A stretch of DNA of 64,000 bases from Sphyrna mokarran (taxonomy: Eukaryota). Positions 43,201 to 55,200 of this stretch are shown piece after piece. The stretch covers positions 17,360,001 to 17,424,000 of the forward strand of contig JAGIQG010000031.1 in the NCBI GenBank assembly GCA_024679065.1. The letters are read 5' to 3'. The notes under the pieces were generated by a model that did not search any database, was not told where the DNA came from, and saw nothing but the letters and a program-made list of their open reading frames with translations. Made by a program: the position numbers and the translations under genes. Numbering within the stretch: position 1 is the stretch's first letter; each line of letters starts with the position of its first letter.

Positions 43201-46200
43201 AATTTGGCCCAATCTTGGGAATCAAGCTTTAAGAAAATATGGTTGTCTTACTCACGCAGTAGACTTGATATATGTGGTGCTATCGCTGTTTTATGAAGAA
43301 TACTTGTTGACTTGGCAATGAGAAAGTCACAGCTGGCAGTTTTATTACATTTTTGCAGTTTTAGGACTGACGTGTTACTGTGATTAGTTGTTTGTTGGTT
43401 TGTTTTGCAGAAAATGTGAAGAAAACTCTGACAGCTACAATGGGGCTGTGAGAGACAATTACACTTGGTCCCAGGATTACACTGATCTGGAAGTTAAGGT
43501 GCCAGTATCCAAGACGATTGTAAAAGGAAGACAGGTAATAGCCAATCTCATGCATTTTGAACCAGATTCCACCTTGTTCAAATAAGTTAGCCTGTAAGAG
43601 GTGTGACCAGTTTAGAATTCATTGCCAAACTTTGTGATGACTGAATAGGCCAAGACTCTGTCTAGAACACCGCAAAGCCACTTGATTTCTGGTCTACATT
43701 GAACTTGGCTGTAACAGCACTTCAGGTGCATAAGAATACTTTTTGCTGCTGAACAATGTCAGTGACATCTATTGGGAAGCATGTGTACACATTGGTTGTA
43801 AACAGATTCCAATTGTGGGGAATAAATTGCTTGATCAACCTTTAGGTGGACACAAGAATAGTCTACTGGTTGGGGTATAGATAATTTACCAGTGCCAGAG
43901 AAACTAAACTCAGAAGAGATTGATGCCTTCAGATGAAGTAGGTGGAAAATTGTGAAGTCAGCCTATAACAGGTCAGGTGCTGAAATCTAAAACCTGATAA
44001 TGTCGTAATGATCTAAAACTGTTTCTGAATGACCTGAAAAAAGATTGGGTTGAGGCAAATTGAGGAAAAAGATCACAAGATGTTGCTGCTTGCATACCCA
44101 GAACTCGAGTACAGGGAGTGTAGATGCATTGTTCCATTTCAGTAAAGGCAGTTACCTGTGGGTGTTTTGTCAACGATAGTGTACATTTACATCTGTTGAG
44201 TGGCTGAAACCCTGGTCCAGGCAGTATCTGCTGAAAACATGATGGTTTATGACAAACCAATTCATTGGGATTAGATTGTATTTCTTTTTGATGGAGTCTT
44301 TGTAGTTTCGTGGTTCAGCATTGAACGTTATTGGAATTAAATGGAGTTAAATGGTTAGCTAACAATTTGTAATTGTTGTGGTACAAGAAGCTGACTGTTT
44401 AACAAGTATTTAAACTGTGATTTAAATTAATCCTTCCAGAAAGAGCCTTATGCTTTAGAATTATTTTGCTCCTGTTTGGATTTGAGGAGATGATGCTCAT
44501 TTGTGAATTTAATGTGTTCCGGCAGCCATGACAAATAAAAGTGATTTAAATTTTTGGTCTTACTCACTCATTAAGTAATAGTCTTTAAAAAGTTGGGTAT
44601 GTCAAAATTTCATGCAATAGCAGCTTGGACCATACAGCTAAATTGGTGGAAAATAGCATTTGTGCCACATCAGTGCCAGACAATATTCATTCCAGTAAGA
44701 GAGAATTTAACCATTTCACTATGACATTCAATGACACTGCAGTTGATTCTTAATTTCTCCCTGAAATGGCCAAGCAATTGGGGATGCAACAAATTCTGTC
44801 CTTTTCATGTATCCCATCAAAGGATTTTTAAAAAATTGCTCTCATCCAATGGTAATGCTGTTACTTATCATTGACCAAAAACTTAATGTGAATTTACTTA
44901 GCACTTACCAGCCCATGTCGCAATGTTGCTGACTAACAATTTCAGTGTCTGAGAAGTTGTGAATGGTGCAGTCACCAACTATTCTGACCTTGTGTTGGAG
45001 AGAACGCTTTTAGTGAAGATGACTGGGCCAAGAGCACTTGAGCTGAACAACTAATGCAGTGAAGTCCAGAACAAAGGATAAAGCAGCCCAGGTCATTGGC
45101 ATCCCAAGTCCCACCAAAATACAGCGGCAGCAGCTTTTCAAGACCCTTTCAACAGTATTTTCTAAACCTGGAATCTGTACCACCTAAAAGCAGGACATGG
45201 TAAGGTGATGCATGGGAGTAGCACCTACACGTTCTTTTCCAAGACAGATACAATTCTGATTTAGAACTATGTCAAAGCTCCTTTACTGTTGTTGACCAAA
45301 ACGTTGGAACTTGTTTTCTAAAACCACAAAGTGCAGATATACCAAATGTGCTGTAACCATTTAAGAAGGCACCAAAATTACAAAAAAAAGTGTGCAAGAA
45401 ATGGTGATGTTGCCAGTGATGCTTGATGCTTAAACGTGGCTGAAGATGCAATGTTGAAGCTCCTGTCTTTACAATGGGACTCCGTTTTGATAGTTCAGAT
45501 GGATATTCACAATCCCTTGGCAAGCTTTGGAGAAAAAAGAGGGAGTTCTCTTTTTTCAAAATGGTGTAGTTTTTTTCACTTCCAAATCTTGTGCTACACA
45601 TCAGTCCCATTACAGGATGGACCATGCAGTACAAGACCAAAGGAGCTGTTTGCTGCAGTGAGCCTGTGCTGGCTCTTTCAAAGAACAATTTGGTTTGTCC
45701 ATTCTTGTCCATTTTTTGCAATTTTGTTCCTCCTTCAAGTATTTAGTTCCCTTTTGAAGGCTCGTTTTTAACGAATTTCTATCTACCAATGAGGCAGTAC
45801 ATTCCAATCCTAGCTGTTCATTGCTTAACATTCTTTTGTCACCTGATTGATTTTAATTTTTATAAAATTGGACTTTCTTCCAGTGCGCTTGAAGGATCAA
45901 CACTTTTTTTTTTCAATGCCTGATTTTCATGCTCTTTGATCCAGAGAAGAATGTGATAACAGATTGGGAACCTGGCATAGGCTGGGAATTATCAGAACTC
46001 TCATAATTTCAGATAAATATGAAATTGTATTAATGTATTTCAGGACCATCTAAACTTTTTGATTAAGGTGAAATGCAATTGAGAAATGGAATTTGTGTAT
46101 AAAGATGAAATCATTAGATTTTATATTTTGTATTTGCACACAGGTTTCTGTAGATATACAAAGCAGCTATCTACGTGTGGCTGTGTTTGAAGATGGGAGT

Positions 46201-49200
46201 GAGCAAGTCATTGTAGATGGAAAACTGACGCATAAAATCAACACCGAAAACTCTATGTGGAGTTTAGAACCAGGATGCTGCATCTTGGTAAGACTGCTAA
46301 CGTATGTGGAATGTACAACACAGACACAGACAATTTGGTCCAAACATCCGCGGTACACACAAACTCATGGCATGTCAACAGGCCATTAGAATAAGAAGAG
46401 GTTGCACTACAGTTGGTCTGGGTATGAATTCCATGCATATGTATTTTCTGGTGTTGATGGTAGTCATGATTTGGAGATGCTGGTATTGGACTGGGGTAAA
46501 CACAGTAAGAAGTTTCACAATACCACGTTAAAGTCCAACAGGTTTATTTGGTTTTTTTGGTAGCTTATTTGGCTTTTGCTACCAAATAAACCTGATGGAC
46601 TTTAATATGGCATTGTGAAACTTCTTACTGTGTATTTTCCATTAGGTCATGTGAATGATTAGAAGTATTGACACAGGCTAGCTATGTTCCAATTGCTAAC
46701 AAAGATGGACTGAAAAATTTCTGTTTCACAAACTGGAAATCAAGTCAATGACTTCCTGTCTTTGTGGATCACCCATATTGACTGTTTCTGTGTACCTAAT
46801 GGAGCAACAAAACAAGTTTATCATCAATTTCCTCTATATACAGTACGTTTTGGCATTTTGCAAGTGTTTGTGTCAGTGATCGTGGTGAGGTGCTGGACAG
46901 ATGAGGTGAATTGAATCTTTGTTTGGCTGTAATTTGAAGTAGACAAGAAGGTATAACTGGGAATAATTCTGATTTTCTCATTCAGCACACCTATGGGATT
47001 CATTGTTGGTCTCCATTTTTAAAAATTTATTTGATCTTGGGTGATTTGCGTCATTGACATCCATTTGTTGCCCAACCCTAATTGCCCTTCAGAAAGTGGT
47101 AGTGAGCTCCTTTCTGAACCTATTGTGTAGGTACATCTATTATGCTGTTAGGAAATTCGTCCCAGGATTTTGATCCAATATTGCTGAAGGCATAGCAAGC
47201 TAGTTCAAGTCAGGACTGGTGAGAGATGTGGAGAGAAACTTGCAGATGGTGGCAATCCCAGGCATTTGCTTCTTTTATCCTTTTCTGGTAGTAGAGGTAA
47301 TGTGTATGAAAGTTGCTGTCAAAGAAACTTGATGCATCTTGCAGATGGCATACACAGCTGTCACCATGAAGTAGAAGTGTCTAGAGCTTTGGGTTTTAGG
47401 TGTCCAGATCATCACCAAGCTGTCGTGGTCTTCCTATGTTGACGTTATCATTAACAAAACCCCCCCCCGATATCTCTACTTTCTCAGAAGACCAAGAAAA
47501 TTTGACATGTTTGCTACCAATTCTCACCAACTTTTATAGATACAACCAGAAAGAATGCTTTCTATGGTGCATCACAGCTTGTTCCTGCTCTGCCCAAGAC
47601 TGCAAGACACTATAAACGGTCATGAACGAAGCCCAGCCCATCACTCAAACCAGTCTCCTGTCTACTGACTCCATTTACGTTTTCTGCTACCTTGGAAGAG
47701 CAGCCAGCATAATTAAGGATGCCACACACCCTGGATATTCTCTCATCTATCTTCTGTCGGGAAAGATAGAAAAGTCTTAGGTCACACACCAACCGACTCT
47801 AACAGCTTCTTCCCTGCTGTTGTCTGACTTTTTGAATGAATTTATTTTGCATTAAGTTGATCTTTCTCTACACCCTACCCGTGACTGCAACACTGCATTC
47901 TGCGCTCACCTTTCCTTCTCTATGAATGGTTTTGTCTGCAGAGTGTGGAAGAAACAATACTTTTCACTTTTCATCAAATCAAGGTGTTGAGGGTTCAGGA
48001 TGAGCATTGGTATAAGTAAGTTTTTGAAGCTTGCGTTTCTTAACATCTTGGGGGAAAAGAAAAAGCTCCTTGTTAATGTGTCAGATGAGATGAAGAACAA
48101 AATTGAATTTCGGACAAGTAAAGCTTTGAGAGAGCTGATATTGGAGCATCAACGGATGAGGCTGTAATTGACTGAGTTGGACTGTCCTCTTTTTCTGCAC
48201 AGGAACGTGGGTAGTTTTCTACATTGTTGGCTTGATATCTGCACATTAGCTGTACTGGAACAGTTTGACTAGAAACGTGGCTATTTGTGGAATACAAGTC
48301 TTCAGTACTGCTGCTGGGATGTTGTCAGAACACATGGCTTGACTACCTTCTGCTGTTTCCTGTTCTCGAGTGCACTGAATCTGTAGCTAAAGTCTGGTGT
48401 CTCTGATGCTGGAGATCTTGAGAGGAAGCTGACATGGGATTATTCTCACTGTGTTTCTGGCTAAAGATGTATTTGATTGCAAATGTTTCAGCCTTTTCTT
48501 CTTGTGCATTAAATGGGATGGTCTGTGTAACGATCAGTTTTCCATGAAATGTTTATTCTTGAGGAATTGAAATTTGATAGTTCATTCCAAAAGCAACCTA
48601 AGTGGAAAACACATCAGCTCATGAAAGCTAGAAAAGCCCCAAACATAACAGTTTTCCTCTCACTTATGTCAATGAAATCAAGATATGTCTGCTTATTGCA
48701 AACGTCAGCTGCCTGAAGAAAGCTTCATGTTAATTCCTTGAAATCAGTTACAGAAAATTGCTTTTAATTGTCATGCTTTGTTTTTTCCTCCCTCGGTATT
48801 TTTTCTCCGTTGAGACCTTGAATTCTGATGGCAGTTTTGTTGAATGACAGTCTGTTGATGAAAAAAGGCTGAACTAAATGTACAGTTCATACTGCACCAT
48901 CCCAGTTTAATTAATTTAAAATGATAATTATTTCAGTTTTTTTTTTGTAAAATGTTCAAGCAAGAAGGAAAAATTCCCATCCTAAGTCACCTTGTTGCAG
49001 AATATTGTTCTTGTATCATTCAGGGATGTGAAGCAGCAGGAGTGAGGTTTGGCTGCAGAAGAAATGCTCTGAGCTGACGCTGTACACTACTGGTGAAGAT
49101 CTGTGCAGGACAGATTTTGAGTGACATTCATTAATAACTCGGATTCAATACATGACATGGACATTTAAAGATGGGTTTGCATTTTCATAATCCTCAGGAT

Positions 49201-52200
49201 AATTTTCCAATTATGGATCTGCACTGAGGCTTCCAAGCATAGGGATATGGCAGGAGATTAAATGTAAAACTATTTTGCCTTAGTTGGTAGACGAGTGCCA
49301 ATGCATCAAAAGAGGCACATGGAGCAAAACTTAATCTCGTGTTAAATGCTGTATTGATGTACAGAGTGGTTTCCAAGTAGCCTTTGGAATTTGGAAAAGT
49401 TCGATACAAACCCAACTTAATGATGTGAAGCTCAAGTCTTCCATGAATTGCTCCAGTCTTTCCACTATATTTCCAATCCCATGCACTAACTTGGCCCAAG
49501 AAGATTGGATAACTTAACTTGCACCCACCTCTCTGGTTGTTTGATGAATTTTAATCTTTTGCACACTTGTGATTTATTCTGAGTTTCTGTAGAAAATAAA
49601 TTGCTCATTTTCTGCTTTGATTTGTTTTTGCTCATTATCCTTATTGTAATCAGGAAGCCCAACTGGAAAGGAAAATTCAAATTAAAACTACCACTGTGCT
49701 GTACACTTAGTAGGCCCTGCCTGGACCGCCATTCAGTAGGCCTGGCAGGTTACTCACTGCCTGTTACCAGGGATACTCATACTCAATGAGTGCCATTGGA
49801 AGATCAGCCAGTGGATCTAGTGCAGGTCATCACATTTAAGATACCCTTTCATAGAAAAGGGTATAGAATATAAGAGTAGGAGTTTGATGTTGCAGTTGTA
49901 TACAACTTTGGTTAGGCCTCACTTGGAATACTGCGCCCAGTTCTGGTCTTCGTACTATCGGAAGGATGTGGAGTCCTTGGAGAGAGTGCAGAGGAGGTTT
50001 ACCAGGATGCTGCCTGGTATGGAAGGACTGTCCTATGAGGAACGATTAGATAGACTGGGGTTGTTTGCCCTTGAAAGACGTCGGCTTAGAGGGGATCTCA
50101 TAGAGGTGTATAAGATTATAAGGGGTATAGATAGAGTAAAGGGAGGTAAACTTTTTCCACCTTTAGAAATGGATAGGACGAGAGGTCATGGCCATAGGGT
50201 GAGGGGGGCTATGCATAGGACGAATATTAGAGGGCAGTTTTCACACAAAGGGTAGTGGGGGTGTGGAATGCACTGCCGAGTAAGGTGGTGGGAGCAGGCA
50301 CGCTGGGGCTGTTTAAGGGTCTCTTGGACAGACACATGAGCGGTATGCAGATAGAGGGATATATTAGGACTGTTTAACTACGGCTTTTTTCCACAGGTAA
50401 TTCGGTCCATAATTTGAGCAAGCATTCGGCAGGTGGTGCGGGTACAGCTCTTGGATGTTGATTCATGGGTTGCCTGGTACCTCATGTCGTATATGAGTGC
50501 TTTATGTGGACCATCTGAAGGGCACCATGACAGCTCAGAGACTATCGATGTGGCTGTGCAGACACGTGGAATTGGGCCGGTGTCTGCGGGAGTTTGCGCG
50601 TTCTCCCCGTGGTTGCGTGGGTTTTCTCCGGGCACTCCGGTTTCCTCCCACAACCCAAAAATTCGCTCTTAGGCTGAGTGGGTAACAAATTGTCCCTATG
50701 GTGAAAATTTTCCAAATTAGGATTAATATATATATTATTATATAGGAATATTAAAATAGGATAATGTATTTGGTATTACGGTGGCGCGGGCTCGTTGGGC
50801 CAAAGGGCCTGTTTCCCGTGCTGTGTTGCTTAATAAAAAAAAAAATAATAAAAAAGATAAATTGCAATAAATTTAGTCACAAAAATAAGTTTAAAAATAC
50901 AAGGCCCAATTAAATAATTATGTAGTACAATTTTTCAAAAATCTTGGATTGACAGTAAGTATCTTGAGAAAGACTGGACAGAGAAGTTGAGCGAAGAGAG
51001 TTATTTCAGGAACTGTTTTTTAGGCTGAGACTGACTGACCTTTACCATTGAAACCATACAGTTCAGAAGGAGGCCATCTAGCCCATCAAGTCCGCACTAT
51101 TCCCACAACAATCTCACCAGTCCGTACCATTTCCGCAACAATCCCACCGTGGCTGCACCGCAGTCGCACCGATCCCCTTTCTATGTAACCCTACATACTT
51201 GTACCGCTAACCCCTTTAACCTATGCATCCTAGGACACTAAGGGGCAACTTAGCATGGCCAATGCACCTAACGTGCACATCTTTGGACTGTGACAGGAAA
51301 TCCATGCAGTCATGGGGAGACTGTGAACAGACAGTCACCCGAGGCTGGAAACAAACTTAGCTCTTTGGTGCTGTGAGACAGCAGTGCTAATTGTGACACA
51401 TTGCCTGTCTTTTTTTTAAACACTTGACTCTTAAATGTTGGCTTGTGTCGTGATAAACCTTGTGTATGACGTTTATTTTATTTATTCCATGGAATTTTAT
51501 CACATTCCCTTGCAGACAAAAAGAACAGGAGACCACTACTTGAACAATTTGTTGTATTTGATTTCTTAATATTTTAAGACTGTGGGAAAGAGAAAATATT
51601 GACCCAAGAGAATCCTTGTCAATATCCAACCTAAGTTTAATTACATTTTCTGTAGAGAGCTTCTTAAGTTTGTCAATCCCACTATTCTTGTGAATGTGGA
51701 TTAGAAAAGGGGGCCTGAGGCCAACAATGCCCATTTTGGGGATTTCTCAGCTATGTAAGGTTTTCCGTATTCTAAGCTGTTGTTACTTCTCCCGAAATGG
51801 AGAAGGTGTACACACTTAAAATAAATGATTGAAGTCTGCTTTGAGCTGTATCTTTCTCCTTGTTTTAACAAAGCGTGTGTTTCATATGAATGTTGAATTC
51901 TATGTTTTTTTAATTCAATGAGCAATTAAATACACTCCAAGTATAAGATGCTGTCCAATGTAAAATTTATTTGAAAGCCGTTCTACTTGTTTGTTATGCA
52001 AGTGTATCTTTCCATCTGTATTAGAGGTGTGCTCCTAGGACCTTTTAACTGTTCAGTTATATGAGGGAAATTTAATATTTTAAAATATTTCTTTTGTTAA
52101 CAGATTAACTTAAATAAAAATGGAGAATACTGGTGGAATGCAATTCTGGAAGGTGAAGAGACTATAGACATAGACAAGATAAACAAAGAACGGTCGATGG

Positions 52201-55200
52201 CAACAGTGGATGAGGAGGAACATGCAGTGTTGGACAGATTAACCTTTGATTATCACCAGAAAATGCAGGGCAAACCACAAAGTCATGAAACGGTAAGAAA
52301 ATTATCAAGAATGGGAAGACAGTTGGTAATCCTTGAGCACTGATCTATTTTTATGTTATGAATCAATTTTTGTCATGACTCCTGTCCATAACCCTTCTAC
52401 CTTGTTTGTCAAAGTCTGTAATGGAAAAATTCATAGTAACGTAGCAACGTTTCTGTTATGGTTTGCTGCAGAACAAGTAGAATTGCTCCGGTTTTGCAGA
52501 GAAAGTCTTTGTCTCCTTTTTCCCTCAGTAATTGCAACTTTTCATGCTCAAAACAAGTATTTAAGTAACTATGAATTTCATTGTGTATTTTAAAGCCTTT
52601 GTGATATTTTTCCTTTTAAAGGTGGCATGTGGGCTTTTTATTTTTGCTTTAAACTGTGACATTTCGATCTGAGGACAGGTCTGCCAATTTCTGTGTGCAT
52701 TCGTAATACTTGAGCAAGGGAAATGTTGGAATGATCTTATTTTGGTCTGTGACAAAATCTTATGTGCTTTAGCAAATTAAAAAAAGTTAGGTGATACTTG
52801 AAATAAACGATGAACATTCTAGCATTCAAATTTGCCAGATGTAGAGCTTTCTTTCTTTGACCAAAGTTGGTATTCCTGCTGGGTGTAATTCCTCAGCAAG
52901 GACCAAGTGGGAAAGCCTATTTTGATGTTCCTTTGCTATCTCCTTCCTAATTTGGGATGAGCAAATTGAAATGGACTTCTGTCTCGTGGATTCTGTTGCC
53001 CAAAAACATTGCTATCCCAACATAGATATCAGTGAGCTTTGTGCATCTGTTGCCAGTGTGCAGATTCTTGACTAGAGACTTCCAGTATCCATCTCTAATC
53101 CTCCATCGCTGTAGGACTGGACAATGAACATTTTGATGCATAGAGCAGTTGTCACCATAGTGCAGGGGTCTGGATTGTGACTCTAAAACACACAGAGCAC
53201 TAGAGAAATTCCAGCAGCAGTATTTACGCCCCATATTCTAGATTCCATGGGAAGGCGATTGAACAAATGTTGGTGTGTTTGTTGAAGTCAGGTGCATAGA
53301 ATGTATCTGCATGACTGAAAATCATTTCCCATCAGATCTTGTTCTCATTGTCAAATGGCCAGTGTTCCAAAGGAGAACAAAAACAAGCTCTGAAGTTCTC
53401 TATGAAGTATTAACATTATTTATTGAGAAGAGCTTGCTCTGAATTGCTGAGAATGATGATAATGTATCCATTAAGCTGTGTCACACATAAGAGTTCCAGT
53501 CTCTTGATGAAGCAGACAGATGGCAGAGAATGGATGGCAAGGAAGCAATCCTGCACTCTGGGTCACTATCTCGTGGGATGTCCTGTTGTATGTGCCCAAA
53601 GAAGTCACCTGAAGATCTCGGCAAGGACTTGTGACCCTAAAGAAATATTATTCTTGAATCAAGGGACAGCTAAACAATTGGTAATTATGGTGTCTTTCAT
53701 GCACATGATGAAATAATGAAACCATGTGGTACTGTGGTTAGTACTGCTGCCTCACAGTGCTAAGGACCTGGGTTCAATTCCAGCATTAGGTGTCTGTGTG
53801 GACTCTGCATGGGTTTCCTTGGGTGCTTTGGTTTTCTCCTCTAGTCCAAAGATGTTCAGTGGATTGGCCATACTGAACGGCCAATTCAGTACGTTTTGGC
53901 CATGCTAAAATGTAACTTAATGTTTTCCCAAGATGTATACTCCTTTAGTCTCCTAAGATGTCTGGAGTAGATGGGTTAGCCATGTGGCATACAGAGGGTG
54001 GGTTTAGAGTTTGGGTAAGGTGCGCTGTTGTGATTCGTGGTAGACTCGATGAGCTCCGTTGCACAATAGGGATTCTATTCTGTGCACTCCACCGAAACTT
54101 TGTGGATTCCCACAAAGATTGAGAAATGGGAGGAGTGAATTTTCCTCCCACTATCTCATTAGGAGGAGGCATGCCATGTTGGATCATTATTTATTTTCTT
54201 GCCAGATACAAAATCTATTAAAGCAGAGAACTAGTTTATAAGAACGTTCGTTGAAAACTGGGCTGAGTGTGATTTGTGTCTTTAACACACTTGATATTCT
54301 GAAGGAGACCTTCCTTCAAACTGAGATATTCAAAGCTTTCAGTCATTGTCCAAATTGGTGTCAGTTTGTTTCTCATCACTCTCCTATAAGATTTCTCTGG
54401 ACTGTTTACTACCACTGCATGGGTACATGATGACTAATTCTCATGTTACTCTGCTTCATTTGGCTATTTTATTTCAATCAAAATGTTATGGGTTTAAACT
54501 CTCCTTGAAAAGTTCTGGCTGATGTTGAATAAAAGGAAACTATTGCAGATGCTGGAAATTTCAAATAAAACCCAAATACTGAACAAGTTTGACAGCCTCT
54601 GTGGAGTTGGACTCTGATTTTATCGGCGTGGCCGCTCGAGGCTTGTAAGACCATGCCTGAAGCCAACGGGGAGTGCCATTCTACGTGCCTTGCCCAATCC
54701 TATTTGGGATGGCCGTGCTGGTAAAATCAGGGCCTTAATGTTTCAGATCAAGAGCTAGAGTTGCTGGAGTTTGCATTCCTTAATCCCCGAAAGGAAGAGA
54801 AAGTTGTGGGATGAAATGAAACAACAGAGCATGGCAGCTTTGAGATTGAGTTGGTGCCTCTGGAGAGGGATTGAGAATGTACATATGGCAGTGTGTGTCA
54901 ATCCTGATGCAGCCAGAACAACAATTCGTAGAATATTGAGTATCTTTGAGACACCTGCAATCGTGGATACAATCCAAACATAAAGGATGGAATTTCTGTT
55001 TGAATCCACTCAATAAATTGGTGCTGGAGACAGTTGCTGAGGAAGGAGAAAGTAAGTTTTAATGGCCACTGTGGCCATGTTTCTAGAGTCTCATTTGCAC
55101 CAGCACTGTTACCAGCGAGAATGGAGAAGTTAATGGTCAGCCAAAACTCCGTTCACTGCTATAGGAGTTGTGAATCCCAGCCATGGGTGAGGTTGGAGAT

